Source: a virus
Direction: 5' to 3' (one strand)
Virus record (IMG/VR): IMGVR_UViG_3300013014_001014
Coordinates: 4,785-68,784 of that record
Length of the DNA stretch: 64,000 nt
A model generated the notes under the pieces. That model had not been told where the DNA came from. It searched no databases and worked only from the letters and a program-made list of their open reading frames with translations. The position numbers and the translations under genes were made by a program. Below are positions 47,127-56,586 of this stretch, piece after piece (within the stretch, counting starts at the first letter, position 1; the number at the start of each line of letters is the position of its first letter).

Positions 47127-48662
47127 ATGCCTCTTTTCAAGATCAAACGTACTGGACAATTGGGGTTTTTCTCCGATAAAGCAAGACCTTCATATGACAT
47201 GGGTAATAATAAAGTTTATTACTTCTTAAAAATAGTAGATCCTATCAAAACGGATTGGGAGATTGCTACATTGCCACGTTACTATGTGTTTACAGGTGAT
47301 CAATCTAGATATTCCGCCTCTGAGTTGTTACCAATACAAACCAAAGACTTGAAAAAGGCACAAAAGAATAATACGTTGGATAAATTGATGTCTACCGATA
47401 CAATGAATGAAAATGCGGAAATGTCGCAAAGTGATATTACGAAGATTATTGATTATAGTGAAAAGTTACAATCGATGTTTGATGTAAATGATAACTTAGA
47501 AGATTGGGTTAAAGCTAAGTTGAATCATGCATGTGACTATGTAGCTACAGTACGTGATTATTTGAAGTTTTACCGTGATGAAAAAGATGCTGGTACTACC
47601 GATGATCAAATAGACGAAAAGTGGACAAATAATTATAAGAAGAGTATTAATTGCAACAATCCCAAAGGTTTTAGTCAGAAGGCACATTGTAAAGCCAGAA
47701 GACTGAGACAAGCTGGTAAACATACACAAAGTAAACCCGTAAGAGAAATATATGAAGCTGTTGTACGTCATATGTTAAAAGAATTCGATAGCAGCATGGC
47801 TATGGGTGCTTTGAAACAACTTAACAGTGATGCTAAAGAATTAGATCAAATGTTGCAACCAAATACTCAATTGGAAGATTGGGTAAAAGCTAAGTTGAAC
47901 TTGGCCGGTGAATACTTGGACGATGTGTATCACCACCTAGATCACTTTGGTCCAGAAGGTAGAAAGTTTGACGAAGTAAAAGTTGCAAACGATATTGAAG
48001 AAGGTTGGAAAGACTGGCTTGCTGCTGGAGCTATTGGATTAGCAGCAACTACTGGTAAAGTAGATGCCGCCAAAGTGAAACAACCATCTAATCCAATTGT
48101 ACAAACTGCTACAAAAGATTCTGAGACTTCTTTTTTAAACAAAAAAACAAGTGACTATGTAGGTCATTGGGAAGGTAAAAAAGATACTGTTTATAAAGAT
48201 AGTGCTGGTTTGCCTACAATTGGAATTGGTCACTATCTAAATAATAGTCAAGAAGACCGTCAATTATTTAAAGCTTTATTTGGAGATGCTGTAAATTATG
48301 ATAAAGTATTAAATGGTCAACAAAAGCTCACAGATGATCAAATTGAAAAGTTATTTAATATGGATGTTAAGATTAAAGAGAAACTCGCATCTAAGAAAAT
48401 TAGTAATTTTACGAGTTTACCAATATCTGTTAAAAACGCAGTTATAAATGCTTTGTATAGAGGAGACATTGGACCAAAAACAATTGGATTGATGAACAGT
48501 GGCGATTGGGCCAATGCGACAAAAGAATATTTGAATCATAAAAATGCAAAAAGTGGCCCATCTCAAATTCAACGAAGAATGAAGACAAATGCATTAGCAT
48601 TTGCTCAATACGCAAAAAATAAGAACGAATATATAACGCAGAGTGATTACGTAATTGGATAA
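47127..48662 (+). CDS. modular protein with a C-terminal T4-type lysozyme domain
   Basis: WEGKKDTVYKDSAGLPTIGIGH (E-x8-D-x5-T); LEDWVKAKLN occurs twice. Confidence 0.8.
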   Translation: MPLFKIKRTGQLGFFSDKARPSYDMGNNKVYYFLKIVDPIKTDWEIATLPRYYVFTGDQSRYSASELLPIQTKDLKKAQKNNTLDKLMSTDTMNENAEMSQSDITKIIDYSEKLQSMFDVNDNLEDWVKAKLNHACDYVATVRDYLKFYRDEKDAGTTDDQIDEKWTNNYKKSINCNNPKGFSQKAHCKARRLRQAGKHTQSKPVREIYEAVVRHMLKEFDSSMAMGALKQLNSDAKELDQMLQPNTQLEDWVKAKLNLAGEYLDDVYHHLDHFGPEGRKFDEVKVANDIEEGWKDWLAAGAIGLAATTGKVDAAKVKQPSNPIVQTATKDSETSFLNKKTSDYVGHWEGKKDTVYKDSAGLPTIGIGHYLNNSQEDRQLFKALFGDAVNYDKVLNGQQKLTDDQIEKLFNMDVKIKEKLASKKISNFTSLPISVKNAVINALYRGDIGPKTIGLMNSGDWANATKEYLNHKNAKSGPSQIQRRMKTNALAFAQYAKNKNEYITQSDYVIG

Positions 48663-48665
48663 GTT

Positions 48666-49001
48666 ATGAATGAATGGCCAACTGTGCCTATGGGCAACTT
48701 ACAAGCTATGATGGTAATGCGTCAACAGAGTGCGCCTACGCCATCTATTAATGGTTTTGATCCATATCAAGCTATGTTGAGACGTAAACAATCAAATGTA
48801 TCTGATGAGAGCGGGTATATTAATGCGGATGTACAACAATATGACGTTAAAGATATTCAAGCGTTAGAAGAGTTTTGTCAACAATATGGAATCATGGGAT
48901 TTAACTTTGGTAAGATGAATCCCAAATCAGCATTGCGAATGTTGAAAAATAAAATGGGAATTGTAGAAAAAGTGAATAATAAAAAAATATTACTAGATTA
49001 G
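48666..49001 (+). CDS. hypothetical protein
   Basis: 111-aa ORF co-oriented with neighbours. Confidence 0.7.
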   Translation: MNEWPTVPMGNLQAMMVMRQQSAPTPSINGFDPYQAMLRRKQSNVSDESGYINADVQQYDVKDIQALEEFCQQYGIMGFNFGKMNPKSALRMLKNKMGIVEKVNNKKILLD

Positions 49002-49020
49002 TTACATTGTATTTATTTAC

Positions 49021-50388
49021 ATGTCTGTTATATTAATTGAAAAGAAAACCAATCCACTTTTAGTTAAATTTAAAATAGAATCTTGTATCAAAGACGAACC
49101 ATCTTTGTTTATTTGGGAGGATCCGATTTCTAAAAATATAAGACATGTAGATGATGTATCTTTAAATCAAAATGTCGAATACTACTCGTCTATTAATAAA
49201 AATCTATCGTTTTTTGAAAATGGAATTACATTTAAGATTGTTTCTTTAAAAGATTACAAATGTTTATATAGTTATGATTTTAAAAATTTAAATTTCATAT
49301 CGGGTAAAAACATTTTATATATATCCCAGAATAATTATTCCGGCTACAGCTATGCCGCTAGAAATTATATCTATCAATTATTGCAAGCTGGTTATAATGT
49401 AAATTGGTCCGATGAATTTACGCAATCTGGTTTTTATAAACCCGTTAATAAAGAAGAGGAATTAGTATTTAATTGTTTAAATAATAAACTAAATGCCGAT
49501 TCTGTAATCATCCATCAGACTCCAGAATCGTGGAAACATATATTTAATAAAATTCCCAGAGGTAAAAAAATATATGGTTTAACAACTTGGGAAACTACAC
49601 GACTACATCCTACATGGGTAGACTATATTAACAATAGTGTAAATGAAGTAATTGTGCCGTCTAAGTTTAATATAGAAACATTTAAACAAAGTGGCGTAAA
49701 CAAACCATTGAATTTGTGGTATCATGATATATTTCCATTTCAAAAATCAAAGATTAATTCGATTGATTTGTATAAAAAATTTGTTCTTTTTAACGGCATA
49801 GAATTTACAATCAATCCGATATTAATTAAAAGTTTAATAGAACGAAATACAGTCTATTATAATATATCTCAGTTTAATTACAGAAAAAATTTAACTCAGG
49901 TTATTAGTTCATTTTGTAAGAAATTTACTAACAGAGACAATGTGTGTTTGTTTGTTAAAACGTATTTGGAATATTTTAATAAAAAAGAAACTGATGCTCT
50001 AAAATATAAAATAGTTGAACTAACCAGACAATTTAAAGACTTGCCTAAAATTGTATTTTGTTTTGAAAATTTAAACAATGATGAAATTGAAACTATTCAC
50101 AGGTTTGGAGATGTATATTTTACATTGAATCGTGGAGAAGGATTTGGATTATGTACGTATACAGCGAAGAAGATCGGCAATAGAATTATCTGCGGAAAGT
50201 TTGGAGCTGAAAAAGAATTCTTAGACGATACCGATTTATTATTGGATTATGAACTGGGCCTATCGGATAATTTGGATGATTTTAACAAATTTTATATTGG
50301 TCATGGACAACAATGTGCGTTTTATAGTACAGATCACGTAGTTTCAAAATTACAATATTATCAAAAAACAATCAAAGAAAACTTATAA
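49021..50388 (+). CDS. GT4-like glycosyltransferase with N-terminal extension
   Basis: SGYS, TWET, RKN, RGEGFGL; paralog of 35209. Confidence 0.8.
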   Translation: MSVILIEKKTNPLLVKFKIESCIKDEPSLFIWEDPISKNIRHVDDVSLNQNVEYYSSINKNLSFFENGITFKIVSLKDYKCLYSYDFKNLNFISGKNILYISQNNYSGYSYAARNYIYQLLQAGYNVNWSDEFTQSGFYKPVNKEEELVFNCLNNKLNADSVIIHQTPESWKHIFNKIPRGKKIYGLTTWETTRLHPTWVDYINNSVNEVIVPSKFNIETFKQSGVNKPLNLWYHDIFPFQKSKINSIDLYKKFVLFNGIEFTINPILIKSLIERNTVYYNISQFNYRKNLTQVISSFCKKFTNRDNVCLFVKTYLEYFNKKETDALKYKIVELTRQFKDLPKIVFCFENLNNDEIETIHRFGDVYFTLNRGEGFGLCTYTAKKIGNRIICGKFGAEKEFLDDTDLLLDYELGLSDNLDDFNKFYIGHGQQCAFYSTDHVVSKLQYYQKTIKENL

Positions 50389-50402
50389 TCTATCGTAATG
50401 AA

Positions 50403-50424
50403 AAACCCCTCGTTTGAGGGGTTT
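50403..50424. terminator. bidirectional intrinsic terminator
   Basis: AAACCCCTC-gttt-GAGGGGTTT between convergent genes. Confidence 0.85.
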
Positions 50425-50428
50425 GATT

Positions 50429-50695
50429 TTATTGTTCTAATGAAAATTTTGCTTGTTTTAATTCTGGTGGTAATAGTTCGTTTAGTGGTTCAAGACAGTT
50501 AACGCAATATGGTATATTAATTGGTACCAAAGCGTCTTTATCTGTACCAGCGAGTATTTTACTTACTTTTCTAAACATAACGCCGTTTTGAAAAACAGCA
50601 CCTTGACATTCAGTACATTGCACTGATTGCGTGTCTTTTAGTCCAAAATTAACATTTGGAGTTTGATTCATTCCTTGTATTTTATTATTAAACAT
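50429..50695 (-). CDS. small zinc-ribbon protein
   Basis: CTEC...CVNC. Confidence 0.7.
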   Translation of the reverse strand: MFNNKIQGMNQTPNVNFGLKDTQSVQCTECQGAVFQNGVMFRKVSKILAGTDKDALVPINIPYCVNCLEPLNELLPPELKQAKFSLEQ

Positions 50696-50698
50696 AAT

Positions 50699-51097
50699 TT
50701 ATATTTTTTTTCTTTTTTTGTAATCTTCTAACGCTGCATTAAGTGCCTCGGTAGCCAAAACACTACAATGAATTTTTACCGGTGGGAGGCCACCCAACGC
50801 AGTAACAATATCATCATTGTTAAAATTTTTCTGAAGTTCTTCTATAGTACGACCTTTTATCAGTTCTGTAGCCATACTGGAAGCAGCTATTGCACTACCA
50901 CAACCAAATGTCTTAAATCTAGCATCAGTTACTGTTTGTGTATCATCATCAATTTTAAGAGTGATTTTCATGATATCCCCACATGCGGCGGCGCCTACTT
51001 CACCAATAGCATCTGCATCTTTTATATCGCCCATATTTCTTGGGTTCATAAAATGATCCATTACCGTTTCATTATATAATGTATAAGAGTCACTCAT
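50699..51097 (-). CDS. iscU: Fe-S cluster scaffold IscU/NifU-N
   Basis: HFMNPRN, ACGD, FGCG, LPPVKIHCS. Confidence 0.95.
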   Translation of the reverse strand: MSDSYTLYNETVMDHFMNPRNMGDIKDADAIGEVGAAACGDIMKITLKIDDDTQTVTDARFKTFGCGSAIAASSMATELIKGRTIEELQKNFNNDDIVTALGGLPPVKIHCSVLATEALNAALEDYKKRKKI

Positions 51098-52161
51098 AGT
51101 CCGATTTGTTTTAAGTCATTTTTAACCATCTTATCAACCAGTTGTTCAAATGAAATTTCTGGTTTCCATCCTAATTCTTTTCTGGCTTTGGTGCTATTAC
51201 CTAGTAATAAGTCTACTTCAGCAGGTCTATAAAACTTAGGATTGATTTTAACCAAGACAGAAACTATTGGATCATATTTAATTGCATTTTGTGTAGTGAT
51301 ACTAAATTCGGCGGATTCAGCTTGTCCGTGCCATACACCTTCAATATCAGCCGATTTAAAAGCATACCACACAAATTCTGAAATGGTGTGTGTTTCATTG
51401 CTGGATAACACATATTCATTTGGAGATTCTTGGTTTAACATTTTCCAGATACCATCAACAAAGTCTTCTGCATCACTCCAATCTCTTTTGGCTTTTACAT
51501 TACCTAGTTCAATTGGTTCAAATGATTTTCTCTCAAGAATTGCTTTTTTGATTCTAGCTACTCCCTTGGTAATTTTTCGAGTGACAAATTCTTCACCTCT
51601 TCTAGTTCCTTCATGATTGAATAACAACCCTTGTACAGCATACAAGTTATAACTTTCTCTGTATACTTTAACTAATTGTCTAGCTGCAGATTTACTAGCA
51701 CCATATGGACTACGAGGTCTTGCAGGATGATTTTCATCTTGTGGAATGTATGCAACATCACCGTATTCTTCACTGCTACCCGCATTATAAAATCTACAAG
51801 ATGGCTTATGTTGACGAATTGCTTCAAGAATATGAATTACACTAGTAGTATTACATTCCCATGTTTGAGCAGGAAAATCCCATGATGAACCAACAAATGT
51901 TTGCGCAGCTAAATTAATAAAGTAATCTGGTTTTAACTTTTCTACTATCTTGCTAATACTATGTGCATCACTCAGATCAAAGTTAACTAATTTAAATCTG
52001 GGGTTGTTTTCTAAGTGTCTAATGTTTTCATGATTTTTAATACTCAGTCTTCTAGCACCTCCTACTATAAAACAGTCTGTTTTATCAAGTAGATAATCTA
52101 CCATAAAACTTCCATCTTGTCCAGTTACCCCCGTAACAAATACAACTTTTTTGTTTTCCAT
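51094..52161 (-). CDS. gmd: GDP-mannose 4,6-dehydratase; likely start MENKKV
   Basis: GVTGQDG, PRSPYGASK, LFNHE, FVTRKI, RPAEV. Confidence 0.95.
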   Translation of the reverse strand: MENKKVVFVTGVTGQDGSFMVDYLLDKTDCFIVGGARRLSIKNHENIRHLENNPRFKLVNFDLSDAHSISKIVEKLKPDYFINLAAQTFVGSSWDFPAQTWECNTTSVIHILEAIRQHKPSCRFYNAGSSEEYGDVAYIPQDENHPARPRSPYGASKSAARQLVKVYRESYNLYAVQGLLFNHEGTRRGEEFVTRKITKGVARIKKAILERKSFEPIELGNVKAKRDWSDAEDFVDGIWKMLNQESPNEYVLSSNETHTISEFVWYAFKSADIEGVWHGQAESAEFSITTQNAIKYDPIVSVLVKINPKFYRPAEVDLLLGNSTKARKELGWKPEISFEQLVDKMVKNDLKQIGL

Positions 52162-52208
52162 AAAAGGAACAACATCATTAATATTATATATATCCATAAA
52201 AAATTTCA

Positions 52209-52682
52209 TTAATCTTCGTCATCGTCGTCTTCTTCTTCATCTAAATAGTCGTCGGAAGGATCTTGGTTAATATTATATTTTTCTTTAAATTTTTGCATAT
52301 CTTCATTTGATATTTTTAATAAATGAAGAACTGCTTGCATAAAAAATATAACATGTTCTTTGGTGAAATTGTATTGTTTACAATAATCCACAACTTTATT
52401 TGCTAATTTTAATATTTTTGTTTGTATTTTTTTATTAATATAAATTTTATCAAATGTCTCTCCACCTTTTTGTATTAACCCTGGTATATCATTTTCTTGT
52501 AAAAACGTTTTTGTTTTTGCTTTTATTTCTTTATTGATCTCTTTTTCAAGATTATTCGATTCTGGAAATTTACTTTCCAATTTTTTACGAATAGATTTTA
52601 TCTCAGATGGTTTTATTTTTTTAGCAATATTGAATGTTACTAATATTCCATGCTTTGACAATAAATGTTGATAATTATCCAT
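52209..52682 (-). CDS. hypothetical protein with acidic tail
   Basis: Ends DDYLDEEEDDDDED. Confidence 0.7.
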   Translation of the reverse strand: MDNYQHLLSKHGILVTFNIAKKIKPSEIKSIRKKLESKFPESNNLEKEINKEIKAKTKTFLQENDIPGLIQKGGETFDKIYINKKIQTKILKLANKVVDYCKQYNFTKEHVIFFMQAVLHLLKISNEDMQKFKEKYNINQDPSDDYLDEEEDDDDED

Positions 52683-52697
52683 TATTATTAAATATAA

Positions 52698-53444
52698 TTA
52701 AAAACGTTGTTTCAATATTTTTTTGCTATCTTGTAGTATATCTGGATCAAATACTTTTGGACCTTTACTAATATATCCTTTTCCACTTGTAAATGTACAG
52801 TTATAACACAACATACGAATATTTTCTATTTTATGATTTTTGTTATTGTTGTCCTCAAAATTTAACAATAATGGAATTTTGCCATCGGTAATTCTACGCT
52901 CATGAAATCCACATTGTTCACATTCTAATTTTTTGATACCGCTTCTAATAAGTTTGTCTTTGAGTCTGTGAATTGGAAAATCTGGATGTTTTCCATCAAG
53001 AATATCATTGATTGGATACTTTCCGACATGCGGATTACTCAAACTTCTAGGAGCGGTTTTTCCTTTTTCAATTGGCCATCCTTTTGTTTTATGAATGCCA
53101 TATTTTTTTGCATAATTTTTAAACGTGTTATAAGTAATTCCTAACAATCTAGCTGCAAATTTTGCAGACGGAGCTCTTTCTTGTGCTTCTTTTATTTCAG
53201 ATTCAGTTATGGGTTTACTATATCTACCCATGGCCTGTCTTTTAGGATATATTTGATCCGCAAATTGTTTTTCTAAATGTGGTATAGTAACACCTTTATT
53301 GCGTAACTCTTTAAACGCTTCAAGTTCTTTTCTAACATCTTGTCCAATCTCACTCAAAGACAATAAATGTTCAACTTTAGCTTTTAAAGCATCCAGTTCT
53401 TCTAACTTTTTTACGATTTGTTGCTGATCAAATATATTGTCCAT
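52698..53444 (-). CDS. HTH plus degenerate HNH/Zn-finger protein
   Basis: AARLLGITYNTFKNYAKKYG; CEQCG...LLNFEDNN.KN..ENIRMLCYNC. Confidence 0.7.
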   Translation of the reverse strand: MDNIFDQQQIVKKLEELDALKAKVEHLLSLSEIGQDVRKELEAFKELRNKGVTIPHLEKQFADQIYPKRQAMGRYSKPITESEIKEAQERAPSAKFAARLLGITYNTFKNYAKKYGIHKTKGWPIEKGKTAPRSLSNPHVGKYPINDILDGKHPDFPIHRLKDKLIRSGIKKLECEQCGFHERRITDGKIPLLLNFEDNNNKNHKIENIRMLCYNCTFTSGKGYISKGPKVFDPDILQDSKKILKQRF

Positions 53445-53782
53445 TAGTGTTTAGATGAAGATAGTGGTTCTATTGCTAGATCTACGTCTGTAGAAGCATA
53501 AAATATTTTACGTAACATTTCAGCTCTACCAGGAAATCCAGCATTTAAAAGTACTTTGTATGTATTAACAATTTTTTCTTTGCTATTTTTTCTTTTTAAA
53601 CTTTTAACAAACATGATGGGATTGACAAGAAAATCTTCTTCTGATTCTAATTTATCAATCTTATTTTCAATACATCTAGTACACGCTTCAATGTGTGGAT
53701 CATCGAAGATTTCTTCATTTACACTAACAGTCATAGACCAGTTAGCTGATTTTACTGTGTATTTATTATTGTTTTTAGACAT
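53444..53782 (-). CDS. hypothetical protein
   Basis: 112-aa ORF overlapping both neighbours. Confidence 0.7.
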   Translation of the reverse strand: MSKNNNKYTVKSANWSMTVSVNEEIFDDPHIEACTRCIENKIDKLESEEDFLVNPIMFVKSLKRKNSKEKIVNTYKVLLNAGFPGRAEMLRKIFYASTDVDLAIEPLSSSKH

Positions 53783-55379
53783 AATTCATATCTCCGTCAT
53801 TAAGTAAATCTAGGTTGGCTAACTTTTGATTTACACTGTTACATACTTTTTCTTCGACTGTGCCTGACACAAACACAATCTTCTGTATACTTTTACTTTT
53901 TGCACTGTCACGCCATACTCTGCCAGTTGCCTGTCTCATATTGACAGCTGAGTAAGACGGACTAATCAACGCTAAACGAGGATACTTACCAGTAACATCA
54001 TGTAAACTCAAACCAGCACCCCCCGCAGCGAGATTTATCAATATAACCCTTTGTTTATCTGCCTGAAAATCATCTATACTTTGTTGACGAGTCTTTGCAT
54101 ATTTTGATTCGCCGTTAACAATACATTTAGTGTTCAATCGTTGACTAAGTGCTTCTATTGTCTCAGTGAAATTACAGAACACAACAACGCTCATATTATT
54201 TTCTAGAGCGTCTTCGACCATTTCAACAAACAATGGTACCTTAATCATTTCTACTTTTTGTCTCGCTCTCAATATTGCTGTTAGTTCTGTTGACTTTTTA
54301 TCTTTCTTGAGTAATTTTTCAATCTTCAATAACTCAAGTTGCATTTCTTCATAAGCTGAGTTAATTTTGTCTTGGTCTTCTTTGTCCATTTCATAACATT
54401 CAGCGATAATTTGACTTTCTGGAAAGTTGGGAATGGAATCACGATTAAGACGAACGCCTCTATTAACAAATATGTCATGGCTTAGTTTTTTTAAAGCATC
54501 TACATTACCACGAAACTCCATTCCAAATCTACCTTTTACAACACCGTGAGCATATGCCCATTCATAATACTGTTTATTATTCTTAAACAATTGAATACAC
54601 TGTCCTACTGTACGTAGTTCAAGTGGATTAGTAGCCATAGTAGCACTACAAAACAGCATCTTGTAACCTTGTTTGAGTGCTGCCATACACATTTCACTAT
54701 TCTTGGTCTTGGCATTTTTTAGTTTTTGTGCTTCATCCCAAACAATAAGTGTGTTTTTGGGTATTTTCCAAACGAATTCTTTGCGGTGGGTATCTCTACG
54801 TTTTATATATGATGCAAATATATTATCTGTTTTACCAGTACGTAAAGATTCATAGTTGGTAACACCTACACATTTACCCCATAACTTAAAATGGTTTTTA
54901 ATAACCCGTTTCCAACTTTCTTTAACTGCTTTAGGACACACAATCATTATGTCCATATTCAATTCTCTAGCAACAGCTGTGGCAGTATAAGTCTTGCCAA
55001 TGCCTACATCACTTCCATCCACGGCAGCACCCCATTTTTTTAGTGAAGATACTATTTTACCTACAGCATCAACTTGCCATGGACGCAATCCATCTGGAGT
55101 TTTGACTTCGTACAATGGCAAAGTTTCGTCTGCTTTTTGTTTGGGTTTCTTTGGATCTTTGAATAATGTTGGATTATCATTGATTTGTGTTAGAACCCAG
55201 TTTTGTTCTCTTTTAACGACACCGTAACCTTTACTTTTCAATGCCAATTTGTTTACTTTCCAGTAAGCAAAAAATTGATTTAGATAAATAGGATCAATTA
55301 CCCATTCACGTTGAAATGTTACATCACCGTTTTTTTCGATTTGAACTGGATCTGACCACTTGATATCCAAGTTAATCAT
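53775..55379 (-). CDS. SNF2-like superfamily 2 helicase
   Basis: GIGKT, DEAQ, SAT, GAGLSL, QATGRVWR. Confidence 0.9.
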   Translation of the reverse strand: MINLDIKWSDPVQIEKNGDVTFQREWVIDPIYLNQFFAYWKVNKLALKSKGYGVVKREQNWVLTQINDNPTLFKDPKKPKQKADETLPLYEVKTPDGLRPWQVDAVGKIVSSLKKWGAAVDGSDVGIGKTYTATAVARELNMDIMIVCPKAVKESWKRVIKNHFKLWGKCVGVTNYESLRTGKTDNIFASYIKRRDTHRKEFVWKIPKNTLIVWDEAQKLKNAKTKNSEMCMAALKQGYKMLFCSATMATNPLELRTVGQCIQLFKNNKQYYEWAYAHGVVKGRFGMEFRGNVDALKKLSHDIFVNRGVRLNRDSIPNFPESQIIAECYEMDKEDQDKINSAYEEMQLELLKIEKLLKKDKKSTELTAILRARQKVEMIKVPLFVEMVEDALENNMSVVVFCNFTETIEALSQRLNTKCIVNGESKYAKTRQQSIDDFQADKQRVILINLAAGGAGLSLHDVTGKYPRLALISPSYSAVNMRQATGRVWRDSAKSKSIQKIVFVSGTVEEKVCNSVNQKLANLDLLNDGDMNYV

Positions 55380-55383
55380 AAAA

Positions 55384-55683
55384 TTAATCCCCCATTTCTT
55401 TACGATATTTCAAATTTCTAGCCAACTCATGTATGTTGGTACGAACCATTCTGCCGTCTTTCTTTAGAGATCCCATTTCGAAATGTTCACTCATCATATT
55501 GGTAAAATTTACTCCTTGACGATCATCGTCGCCATGTCCGAGACATTCCATCTCAAACATTAGTTCTTTACGGGTTTTACGAAGTTTTGTTCTACATAGA
55601 TTTTCTAAATAACTGACCACTTCGTTTGCGTCAGTAAATGTAACCACTTTGTCTATTGTTGTGTCATTGATATAGTAACTCAT
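55384..55683 (-). CDS. hypothetical protein
   Basis: 99-aa ORF. Confidence 0.7.
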   Translation of the reverse strand: MSYYINDTTIDKVVTFTDANEVVSYLENLCRTKLRKTRKELMFEMECLGHGDDDRQGVNFTNMMSEHFEMGSLKKDGRMVRTNIHELARNLKYRKEMGD

Positions 55684-55741
55684 ATATTTCTTATATTACT
55701 ATATAAATATATAATATACAACACTATTTAATATTATAATG

Positions 55742-56329
55742 TTAATTAGAAGATATCGGCACAGTCGAGTAAATATTACGTTCCGTTTGACTGCGTATGG
55801 TTTCAAAATAACTAATCAAATGATTGATTGTATGGTCAGCAATTGCTTCTAACCAATCTTCAGGTTTAAATTCGGTTGCACTTATACCGCCATGAATAGG
55901 CTTCAAGTGTCCATCTTGAAACTCTTGTCTTAAAAAATTGATTAAATCTTTTTTAAGTTCTTGTTTTTGATCAATTACAAATATTTCACTCAATTCTTCT
56001 TTGTAACTTACTCTTACGGGAGATTGACCTTTACTACCGCTACCTTTTTCACCTCTACCTGCTTTATTTTGAGCAGACTTTTTTCTTTTAACCCAATTAG
56101 CAATTGCTTTTTTTCCACCTTTTGTTCTTAGTCTAGCAACATACTTTTTACCCAAACAAGCACTGTAACTACTTCCTTGTTTAGCATCACCACATTTACC
56201 GGCTTTTTTGCCACTACTATCATATCGATCCCAACCACCACCAGAACTACTGCCTGCTCCACCTTTGCCAAACCAGGCACGTAATCCGCCGGTATAGGCT
56301 TCCGATAAAAATTTATTGTATTGATCCAC
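55742..56329 (-). CDS. putative virion protein with a basic Gly-rich module; likely GTG start (MDQYNK)
   Basis: LSEAYTGGLRAWF, GGGW, GKCG; TATTTATT 3 nt upstream of the GTG. Confidence 0.65.
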   Translation of the reverse strand: MDQYNKFLSEAYTGGLRAWFGKGGAGSSSGGGWDRYDSSGKKAGKCGDAKQGSSYSACLGKKYVARLRTKGGKKAIANWVKRKKSAQNKAGRGEKGSGSKGQSPVRVSYKEELSEIFVIDQKQELKKDLINFLRQEFQDGHLKPIHGGISATEFKPEDWLEAIADHTINHLISYFETIRSQTERNIYSTVPISSN

Positions 56330-56340
56330 GACAATAAATA

Positions 56341-56517
56341 TCAACTAGATTCGTTATTTTTATTAAAAATGTAACCTAAGTTTGTAAAAAACTTTTCTAT
56401 TTTAGCTTTGTTGACAGTTTTACTTTTTGTTTCAGATAGATAAAATTTGATTTTTGTATCATCTAAAACGACTTCGTTTCCATTGATATTAACAGTGAGG
56501 TTTTTGTTTTTTTTCAT
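56341..56517 (-). CDS. 58-aa basic hypothetical protein (absent from the ORF track)
   Basis: MKKNKNLTVNINGNEVVLDDTKIKFYLSE...NNESS*; fills the gap between genes. Confidence 0.6.
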   Translation of the reverse strand: MKKNKNLTVNINGNEVVLDDTKIKFYLSETKSKTVNKAKIEKFFTNLGYIFNKNNESS

Positions 56518-56528
56518 ATCAACACAAA

Positions 56529-56558
56529 AAATATATAATCCGTTAAGATTATATATTT
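56529..56558 (-). terminator. AT-rich hairpin, probable terminator after the HNH gene
   Basis: Perfect 12-bp inverted repeat AAATATATAATC/GATTATATATTT; T-rich tail on the minus strand. Confidence 0.55.
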
Positions 56559-56586
56559 GTATATTTTAAAATTGTGTGATATTTGT

